From the NCBI GenBank assembly GCA_964506465.1, contig CAZDLM010000002.1:92636-156635 (forward strand): DNA of 64,000 nt, written 5' to 3'. Position numbers and translations under genes: made by a program. Under the pieces are notes generated by a model, which was given only the letters and a program-made list of their open reading frames with translations, made no database searches and was not told where the DNA came from. This DNA is from an uncultured Syntrophaceae bacterium. GTDB lineage: Bacteria > Desulfobacterota > Syntrophia > Syntrophales > UBA6109. Positions 28,890 to 39,375 of the stretch are shown one piece after another (the first letter of the stretch is position 1; each line of letters starts with the position of its first letter).

Positions 28890-28975
28890 TGTTCAAAAAG
28901 GCCCGGATGCAAGGCTCCCGATGGCCTGAACCGTGAGACGTACTGGGATGTACGTCGAACGGTGAAGGGCAAGGG
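28890..28975. repeat. REP-like palindromic repeat, copy 2
   Basis: Same unit, 202-203 nt downstream. Differs at 4 core positions; two of them (28938 A, 28955 T versus 28736 G, 28753 C) are a compensatory pair within the hairpin stem. Confidence 0.7.
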
Positions 28976-29021
28976 AAACGCCGCAGACGGGCTTTTTTCA
29001 ACAGTCTGGGGGGAAAAGAAC

Positions 29022-29054
29022 TTGACAACGGTGCATGCATGCAACAAAGTTGCA
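29022..29054 (+). promoter_or_regulatory. znu promoter region with candidate Zur operator
   Basis: TTGACA at 29022-29027. Perfect palindrome ATGCAAC-AAA-GTTGCAT at 29038-29054, about 30 nt upstream of znuA ATG 29084. A Fur-family regulator is the last gene of the same operon. Confidence 0.55.
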
Positions 29055-29083
29055 TAAGAGTCCTTTTTCAAGGCGGCGGGAAG

Positions 29084-29995
29084 ATGCAGGGTGTTGCGAA
29101 ATTGTTGCGGGGTGCGGCTTGTCTGGTTCTGCTGGCTCTGACCGTTTCGCCTGTTCAGGCGGCGGTCAAGGTCTTCGTAAGCATCGCCCCGCAGAAGTAC
29201 TTCGTGCAGAGAGTGGCGGGAGACCTCGCGGAGGTTTCGGTCCTGATTCCGGCCGGAGCCGATCCCCACACCTTCGAGCCCAAGCCGAAGCAGATGGCCG
29301 CTCTCGCGAAGAGCGCCGTTTACTTTGCCGTGGGCATCGATGTCGAAAAGGCGTGGCTGAAAAAGATTGCGGCTGCGAATCCGAAGATGCGCGTGGTTCA
29401 AACCGACGACGGGATCGCCAAGATCCCGATGGCCTCCGGCAAAGACGAACCCCACGGGTCCGCGGCCGGTCCCGGCGGGCGCCAGGAGGACCATCGCGCC
29501 CACGGCGGTTCCTTGGACCCCCACGTTTGGCTGTCGCCGGAGTTGGTGAAGATCCAGGCCGGGCATATCTTCCGTGCCCTGGTTTCCGTCGATCCGGCAA
29601 ACCGGACGCGTTACGAAGGCGGCTATCGCCGTTTCCTGGGCGAGCTGGACGCCCTGCATCAGGAGATGAAGACCCTCTTTGCGGGTCGGGGAGGCGAGCG
29701 GTTCATGGTCTTTCATCCCTCGTGGGGCTATCTTGCCGACGCCTACGGCCTGGTTCAGGTCCCCGTCGAGGCCGGGGGAAAGGAACCCAAGCCTGCACAG
29801 CTTCTGAGACTCGTGCGCGAAGCGAGGGAACACGGCATCAAGGTGATTTTCGTCCAGCCGCAGTTTTCCACGAAAAGCGCCGAACTGCTCTCCAGGGAGA
29901 TCGGCGGGCAGGCCGTCTACGCCGATCCGCTGGCTGAAAACTGGGCCGAGAACCTGCGCGAAGTCGCCCGGAAATTTCAGGCGGCGGCGCGATGA
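29084..29995 (+). CDS. znuA: Metal (zinc-type) ABC transporter substrate-binding protein
   Basis: ORF trimmed to ATG 29084. Signal peptide ending PVQA. ZnuA/TroA-family layout with His/Asp-rich loop HGSAAGPGGRQEDHRAHGGSLDPHVW. Confidence 0.8.
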   Translation: MQGVAKLLRGAACLVLLALTVSPVQAAVKVFVSIAPQKYFVQRVAGDLAEVSVLIPAGADPHTFEPKPKQMAALAKSAVYFAVGIDVEKAWLKKIAAANPKMRVVQTDDGIAKIPMASGKDEPHGSAAGPGGRQEDHRAHGGSLDPHVWLSPELVKIQAGHIFRALVSVDPANRTRYEGGYRRFLGELDALHQEMKTLFAGRGGERFMVFHPSWGYLADAYGLVQVPVEAGGKEPKPAQLLRLVREAREHGIKVIFVQPQFSTKSAELLSREIGGQAVYADPLAENWAENLREVARKFQAAAR

Positions 29996-30005
29996 GGCAA
30001 CGAGC

Positions 30006-30767
30006 ATGACGGAATCGATCATCGAGGTCCGGGACCTGTGGTTCTCCTTCAACGGGCAGCCCGTCCTCCGCAACGTGAATCTGACGGTGCCGCAGGGAGA
30101 TTTTCTGGTTGTGATCGGCCCCAACGGCGGCGGGAAGACAACCCTGCTCAAGGTGATGCTGGGCCTGCTCAAGCCCGACCGCGGGACGGTGAGCGTCTTC
30201 GGGCTTCCTCCGCACCGGGCGGCCCATCATATCGGCTATGTGCCCCAGAACGTCCATGTCAACAAGACCTTCCCCATCTCGGTTCTCGACGTCGTCCTGA
30301 TGGGGCGCCTGAGGCCCGGCCGCGGGTGGCCCCGCCACTCGCGCCAGGACCGGGACGCCGCCCGGAAGGCCCTCGAGCAGATGCGCGTGTGGGAATACCG
30401 GGACCGCCGCATCGGCGAGCTTTCGGGCGGGCAACTGCAGCGGGTATTCATTGCGCGGGCGCTGGTCGGGAAACCTCAGGTCCTCTTCCTGGATGAGGCC
30501 ATGGCCAGCATCGACGCACAGAGCCGCGGGGAGTTCTACGAAATCCTGACCGAATTGAACCGGAGCGTCACCATCGTCGCGGTCAGCCACGACATGATGA
30601 TCCTCTCGAATCAGGTGAAATCCGTCGCCTGCATCAACCGTGAGCTTCACCATCACAATTCCGGAAGCATCACGCAGGAGATGCTGGACGAGACCTATCA
30701 CTGCCCCGTGGATCTGGTCGCGCACGGCCTCCCCCACCGGGTGCTGGAATGCCACAAGGACAAGTAA
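30006..30767 (+). CDS. znuC: Metal ABC transporter ATP-binding protein
   Basis: Walker A GPNGGGKTT, signature LSGGQLQR, Walker B VLFLDEA. Confidence 0.85.
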   Translation: MTESIIEVRDLWFSFNGQPVLRNVNLTVPQGDFLVVIGPNGGGKTTLLKVMLGLLKPDRGTVSVFGLPPHRAAHHIGYVPQNVHVNKTFPISVLDVVLMGRLRPGRGWPRHSRQDRDAARKALEQMRVWEYRDRRIGELSGGQLQRVFIARALVGKPQVLFLDEAMASIDAQSRGEFYEILTELNRSVTIVAVSHDMMILSNQVKSVACINRELHHHNSGSITQEMLDETYHCPVDLVAHGLPHRVLECHKDK

Positions 30768-30768
30768 A

Positions 30769-31632
30769 ATGTGGGAAGCGCTTCAAACGGACTTTATCCG
30801 CAACGCCCTGGTGGCCGGCGTCCTGGTGAGCATCGTCTGCGGGATCATCGGGACGCTCGTCGTGGTGAATCGGATCGTTTTTCTGGCCGGCGGCATCGCC
30901 CATGCGGCCTACGGCGGGATCGGCCTCGCGTTCTTCCTCGGCTGGCCCTACGTCGCCGGTACAACGGCCGTTTCACTTCTGTCCGCTGGGATCATGGCCG
31001 CCGTTACGATCAAGGCGAAGCACCGGGCCGACGCCATCGTGGGCGTGCTCTGGGCCGTCGGAATGGCCCTCGGCGTCATCCTGCTCGACCTCTCCCCGGG
31101 ATACAACGCGGACCTGATGAGTTATCTCTTCGGAAGCATCCTGACCGTTCCGGCCTCGGACCTGTGGCAGATGGGGCTGCTCGGGATCGCCGTCATCTCC
31201 GTCGTCGCCTGGTATTATAACGACTTTCTGGCGATGTCTTACGACGACGAGTTCGCGCGGCTGCGAAACGTTCCCGTCACGTTCCTCTACTGTCTCCTGC
31301 TGGGAATGATCGCTCTCGCAGTGGTGATGATCATCCGCGTCGTGGGGCTCATCCTGGTGATCGCGCTCCTGACGATTCCCCCCTTCATCGCGGAAAAATT
31401 CACGGGCTCGCTGCGCGCCATGATGATGGTATCCTCCGTCCTGAGCTGTCTCTTCACGGTTGTCGGGTTCGGGGTGTCCTACGCCCTGAACCTCACCTCC
31501 GGGGCAACGATCATCCTCGTCGCGGCCGCCGGGTTCTTCCTGGCGGTCCTGTGGGATCGATGGAGACACAGGCGGCGGAGGAAGACCGGAAAGACGGGGC
31601 CGGCGGATCCGATGGAAGGGGCGGAAGGATAG
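30769..31632 (+). CDS. znuB: Metal ABC transporter permease
   Basis: ORF trimmed to ATG 30769, 1 nt after the znuC stop. 8-9 TM helices, ZnuB/TroCD-like. Confidence 0.85.
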   Translation: MWEALQTDFIRNALVAGVLVSIVCGIIGTLVVVNRIVFLAGGIAHAAYGGIGLAFFLGWPYVAGTTAVSLLSAGIMAAVTIKAKHRADAIVGVLWAVGMALGVILLDLSPGYNADLMSYLFGSILTVPASDLWQMGLLGIAVISVVAWYYNDFLAMSYDDEFARLRNVPVTFLYCLLLGMIALAVVMIIRVVGLILVIALLTIPPFIAEKFTGSLRAMMMVSSVLSCLFTVVGFGVSYALNLTSGATIILVAAAGFFLAVLWDRWRHRRRRKTGKTGPADPMEGAEG

Positions 31633-31637
31633 AAAGA

Positions 31638-32111
31638 ATGTGCAGTCGCTGCAACTACGCGGAGCTGATCGAACGAAGCGGCCTGGACCCGACGCCGAAC
31701 CGCATCCGGGTGCTCGAGACCATCGGGAACAGCGGTTCACCCGTCAGCGCCGGAGACATCGTCGCGGCGGCCCGCCGGACCGCGGGCATCAACCGCGTCA
31801 CGGTGTACCGCATCCTTGATCTCCTGGTCGGCAGGGGATTGGCGGCGCGCATGGTCGGAGGCGGGAGGAGCCTCGTCTACGGCATGGCGCCCAGTGAAAA
31901 TCATCCGGCCCATCCCCATTTCCACTGCCGGAATTGCGGTACGATGTCGTGCCTGCAGCCGGGAAGCCTCCAGGTGGACCTCCGCGACATCGAACGGTCC
32001 TTCCCCGGCGAGATCCGCGGCGTGGAAATCCGGCTGAGCGGGATCTGCCGGAATTGCCTGAAAAAAAAGCGCCCGCCCAAGAAGACGCCTGAAGGCCGCG
32101 GATCCGGATGA
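31638..32111 (+). CDS. zur: Fur-family metalloregulator (probable Zur)
   Basis: ORF trimmed to ATG 31638. Winged helix PNRIRVLETIG...INRVTVYRILDLL. Cys pairs HCRNCG and CRNC. Operon context with znuACB. Confidence 0.75.
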   Translation: MCSRCNYAELIERSGLDPTPNRIRVLETIGNSGSPVSAGDIVAAARRTAGINRVTVYRILDLLVGRGLAARMVGGGRSLVYGMAPSENHPAHPHFHCRNCGTMSCLQPGSLQVDLRDIERSFPGEIRGVEIRLSGICRNCLKKKRPPKKTPEGRGSG

Positions 32112-32444
32112 TCCCTCCGCAGATGGAAGGGAGATGCGCCGCCGCGAAACAAAACCTGTAAAGAATCATGCCCTCCGCGTCCGGGCCGCCGCAGGCCGCA
32201 GAAGACGGCCGATGCGAAGCGTCCGGAGACGGCCGGGAAGGGGCTCCCCCCGCGTCGCCGCAGACGAGCCTCCGACGAGCTTGACTACGGAGGTTCGCTT
32301 GTGCTACTTCTACGTCACTTTTGGGCGACCGGAAGGATTACGGAACGGGCAATTCCACCTCTACTCGGGAATTCCGACGACGGGAGAAGCGCTTCGGAAG
32401 GCCCCACAATTCACCAGACAAAATTCATCTGAAAGACTGCGGGC

Positions 32445-32936
32445 ATGGTCGATTTTTCCCATTTGGACAGCGACGGCAAGGCGAAGATGGTCGACATATC
32501 GGATAAGGCGCCGTCGCATCGCGTCGCCGTTGCATGGGGCAGGGTGAAGATGAGACCGGAGACGGTGGCGCTCATCCAGGAAGGCGGGATCCCGAAAGGC
32601 GACGTCTTCGGCGTCGCGAAGATCGCCGGGATCATGGCCGCCAAGCGAACCTCCGACCTGATCCCGATGTGCCATCCGCTGGAAGTCACCGGCGTCGAGA
32701 TTCGCTTCGAAAGCCGCGCGGACGCCGGCGAGATCGAAATCGAGGCCACGGCGAAGACCCACGGAAGGACCGGCGTTGAAATGGAGGCCCTGACGGCCGT
32801 CAGCGTCGCCGCTCTGACGATCTACGATATGTGCAAATCCGCCGACCGGGACATTGTCCTGGCTGAAATCTGCCTGGTCCGCAAGGAAGGCGGCAAGAGC
32901 GGAACCTACGCCCGGCGGGAGCGGAAACATGACTGA
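32445..32936 (+). CDS. moaC: Cyclic pyranopterin monophosphate synthase
   Basis: FSHLDSDGKAKMVDISDKAPSHRVAVA ... KRTSDLIPMCHPL ... GVEMEALTAVSVAALTIYDMCK, a canonical MoaC pattern. Confidence 0.9.
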   Translation: MVDFSHLDSDGKAKMVDISDKAPSHRVAVAWGRVKMRPETVALIQEGGIPKGDVFGVAKIAGIMAAKRTSDLIPMCHPLEVTGVEIRFESRADAGEIEIEATAKTHGRTGVEMEALTAVSVAALTIYDMCKSADRDIVLAEICLVRKEGGKSGTYARRERKHD

Positions 32937-33489
32937 AGAAACGGCGCAAAGCTCCCGCGGGAACATGGTCCCGGACGGCGCAACGTACCGCATTTCGAAA
33001 CCTTTCCGCATCGCCGTCGCAGTGGATTTGGCGCTGCTTGCGATCCTGATGGGACTGTCCATCTTCTTTGTCGGCTCCAGGACCGAGCGGGCGGCCCTGG
33101 CGGTCATTTTCGCGATTCTGCTTCTGATCGGCATCGAGGCCTTTCGCCGGAACGTGCGCGTCACCGGGAAGGGGATTTCCCTCGTAAAGCTGTTCCGCGA
33201 AAAGAAATTGAATTGGGAGGACATTACGTACCTTGGCTGCGTGGCGGTGCGGAAGAAGATCTACTTCCTGCTGACGACGACCAAGGGCTTTCATATCTTT
33301 TCCAATGCCTATGAACGCTACCCGGAGCTGGTCCAGAAGGTCGTCGATCGTCTTGGACCGGACAAGGTGGAAAAAGAAGTGCTGTCCTACGTGACCGAGC
33401 CGCTGTGGAACCGCAGCGACGTGATATCCGCCTGGCTCGCCGCGGCTGTTCTCGCGGGGCTGATCGGATTGAAGTTCCTGTTTACCTAA
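32929..33489 (+). CDS. Hypothetical membrane protein
   Basis: ATG 32929 overlaps the moaC stop by 8 nt. Two N-terminal and one C-terminal TM helices flank a soluble segment. No motif I recognise. Confidence 0.55.
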   Translation: MTEETAQSSRGNMVPDGATYRISKPFRIAVAVDLALLAILMGLSIFFVGSRTERAALAVIFAILLLIGIEAFRRNVRVTGKGISLVKLFREKKLNWEDITYLGCVAVRKKIYFLLTTTKGFHIFSNAYERYPELVQKVVDRLGPDKVEKEVLSYVTEPLWNRSDVISAWLAAAVLAGLIGLKFLFT

Positions 33490-33533
33490 ACGGCATCTTT
33501 GCAGAGGCATCGGAAAATCGAGGGGAACGACGC

Positions 33534-33836
33534 ATGAACAAGAAAAGATCTGCTCTGAGAGTCTCCACGGAAGATACGCACTCCTCACCTCTCCAGGTTG
33601 TCGAGGGAGTCATGGAGAAGAAACTGGAGGAAGTCGCCACCGTTCTTTTCTCCACGAAAGGCGGCAAGAGCAGACTTTACGAGGACGTCGTTTCGATGGT
33701 GGAACGGAGCCTCTTCCGGATCGCCCTGCGCCGGTCGAAGAACGTCAAGAGCACTGCTGCGGCCTATCTGGGCATCAACCGCAACACCTTCCAATCGAAG
33801 ATGGTCAAGCTGGGACTGAACGGCGACAAGGAATAG
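33534..33836 (+). CDS. Small Fis-type helix-turn-helix DNA-binding protein
   Basis: ORF trimmed to ATG 33534. C-terminus NVKSTAAAYLGINRNTFQSKMVKLGL matches the Fis-family HTH pattern. Confidence 0.6.
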   Translation: MNKKRSALRVSTEDTHSSPLQVVEGVMEKKLEEVATVLFSTKGGKSRLYEDVVSMVERSLFRIALRRSKNVKSTAAAYLGINRNTFQSKMVKLGLNGDKE

Positions 33837-33899
33837 GCGCCCGCCGACCCTGCCGCAGGCTTCACGAACCCGAAACGGGAGCATGTTCTTCAAGGGGTT

Positions 33900-36800
33900 T
33901 TGAACATCTCTATGATTTATGAGTTGTGGCGCAAGGTTACGGCATTCTTCGCGGATTGCCGCATTCGCATCGGGGTCAATCCGGACCTCATCGGCGCCCC
34001 CGCCCTTGTTTTCTTTCCTCTGACGCCGACCGTCCTTTTCTGCGGCTTGGCCGGGATCCTGACGGTCAAGTTGTCCCCCCCTCCCCGTTCCTTCGATGCG
34101 ACCCGGACGCTGAACGAGCAGTTCGACGCGGTGCGATCCCACCGCATTTCCACCCTGCTGTCGGGAAGAGCCGCTCCCCGCGACTACCTCGGAGGCCCCG
34201 GTCGGCTTGCCGACATGGAGCGTCTCGTGCGCGATCTCAAAGGGGAAGACGTCTTCCGCCGCCTCTTCTTCGATCCCGCCCAATCGGAAAAGCTCTCCGG
34301 GATCGTCCGCGCCATGAGCGCGTTCCTGTCTGAAGAGGAAAAGGCTCTGGAGGACGGCGCCGGACAGTTCAACACCCAGGATCTCGAAACCGTCAACGCG
34401 AGGCTCGTCCTCCTCAAAGACGTCCTCTGGGCGATCGAACGGGACATTCTCGAAAACATCGGACGAATCGTCCGCCTAGCGGCGGCCGGCGAACGCCGCG
34501 ACCTCTCGCCGGAGGCCTTCGCCAAATACGGAAAACTCAACCTCCTGCTCAACAGCATCGACCGCCTCGAGGTCCGCGGCCGCGACTCGGCGGGCATCGA
34601 GATATCGTTTACCCTGGCCGACCCCGCGGACTTGCGGAAGCTTCTCTCCGAGATCGCCCGCAGAGGCCTCGAAGAGGCCTTCGGGCAGCGGGCAAGATCC
34701 GGCGATCTGCGCAGCGGATCCATCCGCGTCTTCCAGGACGGGAAGAACGGGCCGGGGAAGAGCGCCGCAAGCGTTTCCTTCGTCTACAAGACCGCTTCGG
34801 TCATCGGAGCGTTGGGCCGAAACGTCCATGAACTCCGCGCGCAGATCGCCGGGGACGAGATCTTCCGGATTTGCGCGGATCTGCCCGTCGACTGCGAGGC
34901 GGCGATCGCGCATACGCGGTGGGCCTCGGTCGGCTCCATCACCGAAGAGAATTGCCATCCGATCAGCAACGCAGCGGTCGCCGGCAATGGCGGGCAGACC
35001 CGGCCGGCCGTCAGGCGCTACCCTCACTACGGCGAAGGAGACTGGTCGATCGACGTTGTTCTCAACGGCGACGTCGACAATTACCAGCCGCTGCGGGCCG
35101 CGCTGGAATCCGGCGGCGATCTCATCGCCCCGGAATTGACGACGGACACGAAGATCATCCCGCTTCAGATCGAAAAATACCTCAAGGAAGGGCATCCTCT
35201 GGATGAGGCCTTTCGCCTCGCCGTGAACGATTTCGAAGGGTCCCACGCCATTGCGATGATCAGCAACCTGACGCCGGGAAAGATCTACCTCGCCCTCCGG
35301 GGAAGCGGTCAGGCCCTCTACGTGGGAATCGCCCCCGACCGGTACCTCTTCGCATCGGAACTGTACGGCATCGTCGAGGGGACATCGTCCTTCATCAAGA
35401 TGGACGGCGAACGGACATCCCCGCGCGCGTCCGGCGGCAACGGTCAGATTGTCATTCTCGATCAGGAATCGGCGGGCGGGCTCGACGGCATCCGGGCGTT
35501 TTTCTACGACGGCACGCCGCTCGCTCCGGACGAAGGGGCCATTTCAAAGGCCGAGATCACGACCCGCGACATTCATCGCGGCGACTATCCGCATTTCTTT
35601 CTCAAGGAAATCACGGAATCCGCCCTGTCCGTCCGCAAGACGCTGCGCGGCAAGTATCGCATCCTCCGGCCGCCGGAGGGCGGCAGAAAGACCGCGTTCA
35701 ACCTCGGCGATGACGTTCTGCCGCTGCGTCTGCGGGAATCGTTCAGCGCAGGGCGCATCCGGCGCATCCTCGTCATCGGCCACGGCACCGCCGCTGTCGC
35801 CGGCGCGGCGGTGGCCGACGCCTTCGAACGCTATCTGAAGGGTTCCGGCATAAGGATCGAAAGCAAGATCGCCTCGGAACTGAGCGGGTTTTCCCCGGAC
35901 GAAGACCTCTCCGACTCCCTCGTCATCCCGATCACCCAATCGGGAACGACCACCGATACCAACCGGGCCGTCGCCATGGCCGCGGAAAAGGGAGCGACGA
36001 TCGTCTCCATCGTGAACCGCCGCCAGTCGGATATCACGATGAAGTCGCACGGCGTCTTCTACACCAGCGACGGCCGCGACATCGAGATGTCGGTTGCCTC
36101 GACAAAAGCCTTCTATTCCCAGATCGTCGCCGGTCACGTCTTCGCTCTGAATCTTGCACAGATCGCGAGAACGCTGGACGACGAAACGCTGGCGGCCGAG
36201 CTGGCGAACCTGGAAGAAGCGCCGGCGCGGATGGCCAACGTGGTGCGCCGGGGAGAGGCGGTCCGGCAATGCGCCGAGACGCTGTACCAGAAACGCTACT
36301 GGGCGGTCGTCGGCAGCGGCCCCAACAAGGTCGCGGCGGACGAAATCCGGATCAAGCTCAGCGAACTCTGCTACCGGACGATCTCGTCGGACATCGTGGA
36401 AAACAAGAAGCACATCGATCTGTCCGCGGAACCCCTCATCCTGGTCTGCGCCGCCGGAAGTCCGGAGGCGGTGCTCGCCGACATCGCCAAGGACGTCGCG
36501 ATCTTCAAGGCCCACAAGGCCTCCGTCGCCGTCTTTGCCGATGAGGGTGACGACCGGTTCGACGAGGTGTCGGACGCCGTGCTGCCCCTGCCCCGTTCGG
36601 CACCGCCTCTGCCGGTCATCCTCAATACGCTGGCCGGGCACCTGTGGGGCTACTATGCGGCCTGCCGGATCGACGAAGAGGCCGCCTTTCTCAGAGAATT
36701 CCGCAGCCGCCTCAATCTCACCATGGTCGAGCAGGCAAGGACCCGCACGAGCATGTACGACGGTCTTTTCGACCGGAACTTCCGCCGGATGGTCCGCGAA

Positions 36801-37691
36801 TTCGCCCGCGAGTTCAACGAGCGGAGACGCCGGGGAGCTTTTTCCGTCACCGGCGTGCGGACGGCCTCGGATGTCGTCCTCCTGCTCAAGTACGCGGTCG
36901 GCAAACTCCCGATCGAGGATTTCTGGGAAGACTTCCGGACGGAGGACGACGCCGTCTCACCCGTGGAAATGCTGGACATCGCGCTCGGCCATGCCGTGGA
37001 CGAACTTTCCCGGCCCATCGACGCCATCCGCCATCAGGCCAAGACGGTCACCGTGGGGACCAGCCGCAAGAAGGAGGAGCCGGTGCGCGGCATCCTCTTC
37101 GATCTCCTCAAAGAACTCGGCTTCCCCGCGAAGCGGCTTGTGGGAAAGAACATCATGGCCATAAGCCGGCTCCAGCCGGCCGTCGCCGAGATCAAGGGCT
37201 ATACGCTCTACGACGTAAACAACCTGGATGCGGAGGGCAACCCGAATGACGCCTCCACGATCGCCATCCGCCGACGGGGCGGAATCTCCTCATCCATGAA
37301 GTCCCGTACCGAGAGTTCGGGACGCTTGATGGGGACCAAACGATCGATCGTCAGCACGGGCCATCTGTACGCCGGACGCGGCAAGCTGGACGGCGCGTCG
37401 ATCGTCATCGTGCCGTTGCTGGGCGAGAGGACGGCCGTCCGGAATCTTCTGCTCCTGCACGTCGCCTACAGGGAAAAGATGACGGTCCATGAAAAGAAGG
37501 AAACGCTCGGATACCGCGTCGATGACGTCCGCAACCTCGTCAATGAATACAACCTCCCCTGGGAGGACCGCTATCTGGAGGATTTCTCCCTGGAAGACCT
37601 CCTGAGCGATGCCGTGGAAACGCTTGCCGGCCGGATCCGCCGCAGGATCGATCCTGATGCGGCCCCTCCGGAAATCGAAGTCGAAAACTGA
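33900..37691 (+). CDS. Giant GlmS-like protein: class II (Ntn) glutamine amidotransferase plus two SIS domains with large insertions and a C-terminal extension (1263 aa)
   Basis: Amidotransferase motifs FCGLAGIL, RGRDSAGIEISF, HTRWASVGSITEENCHPI, LNGDVDNY. SIS motifs IPITQSGTTTDTNRAV and VVGSGPNKVAADEIRIKLSE. A GlmS C-terminal-like AKTVTVG lies about 200 aa before the real C-terminus. Start codon uncertain (TTG 33900 or ATG 33912). Confidence 0.8.
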   Translation: MNISMIYELWRKVTAFFADCRIRIGVNPDLIGAPALVFFPLTPTVLFCGLAGILTVKLSPPPRSFDATRTLNEQFDAVRSHRISTLLSGRAAPRDYLGGPGRLADMERLVRDLKGEDVFRRLFFDPAQSEKLSGIVRAMSAFLSEEEKALEDGAGQFNTQDLETVNARLVLLKDVLWAIERDILENIGRIVRLAAAGERRDLSPEAFAKYGKLNLLLNSIDRLEVRGRDSAGIEISFTLADPADLRKLLSEIARRGLEEAFGQRARSGDLRSGSIRVFQDGKNGPGKSAASVSFVYKTASVIGALGRNVHELRAQIAGDEIFRICADLPVDCEAAIAHTRWASVGSITEENCHPISNAAVAGNGGQTRPAVRRYPHYGEGDWSIDVVLNGDVDNYQPLRAALESGGDLIAPELTTDTKIIPLQIEKYLKEGHPLDEAFRLAVNDFEGSHAIAMISNLTPGKIYLALRGSGQALYVGIAPDRYLFASELYGIVEGTSSFIKMDGERTSPRASGGNGQIVILDQESAGGLDGIRAFFYDGTPLAPDEGAISKAEITTRDIHRGDYPHFFLKEITESALSVRKTLRGKYRILRPPEGGRKTAFNLGDDVLPLRLRESFSAGRIRRILVIGHGTAAVAGAAVADAFERYLKGSGIRIESKIASELSGFSPDEDLSDSLVIPITQSGTTTDTNRAVAMAAEKGATIVSIVNRRQSDITMKSHGVFYTSDGRDIEMSVASTKAFYSQIVAGHVFALNLAQIARTLDDETLAAELANLEEAPARMANVVRRGEAVRQCAETLYQKRYWAVVGSGPNKVAADEIRIKLSELCYRTISSDIVENKKHIDLSAEPLILVCAAGSPEAVLADIAKDVAIFKAHKASVAVFADEGDDRFDEVSDAVLPLPRSAPPLPVILNTLAGHLWGYYAACRIDEEAAFLREFRSRLNLTMVEQARTRTSMYDGLFDRNFRRMVREFAREFNERRRRGAFSVTGVRTASDVVLLLKYAVGKLPIEDFWEDFRTEDDAVSPVEMLDIALGHAVDELSRPIDAIRHQAKTVTVGTSRKKEEPVRGILFDLLKELGFPAKRLVGKNIMAISRLQPAVAEIKGYTLYDVNNLDAEGNPNDASTIAIRRRGGISSSMKSRTESSGRLMGTKRSIVSTGHLYAGRGKLDGASIVIVPLLGERTAVRNLLLLHVAYREKMTVHEKKETLGYRVDDVRNLVNEYNLPWEDRYLEDFSLEDLLSDAVETLAGRIRRRIDPDAAPPEIEVEN

Positions 37692-39350
<1,659 letters not shown>

Positions 39351-39375
39351 AAATGCGCCTGCAAGAAATTGCGCT

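Noticed and set aside
28687-28975. CRISPR array
   Set aside because: Only two copies, each about 87 nt long and internally palindromic, with a 115-nt structured spacer and no cas genes. This is REP-like, not CRISPR.
32112-32444. Moco (molybdenum cofactor) riboswitch upstream of moaC
   Set aside because: A CCTCCG element is present, but it pairs locally (13-nt loop) rather than with the RBS region. I could not find the extended multi-stem arrangement or the 3' AAAGG-type RBS-sequestering strand near the moaC start. This needs a covariance-model scan to settle.
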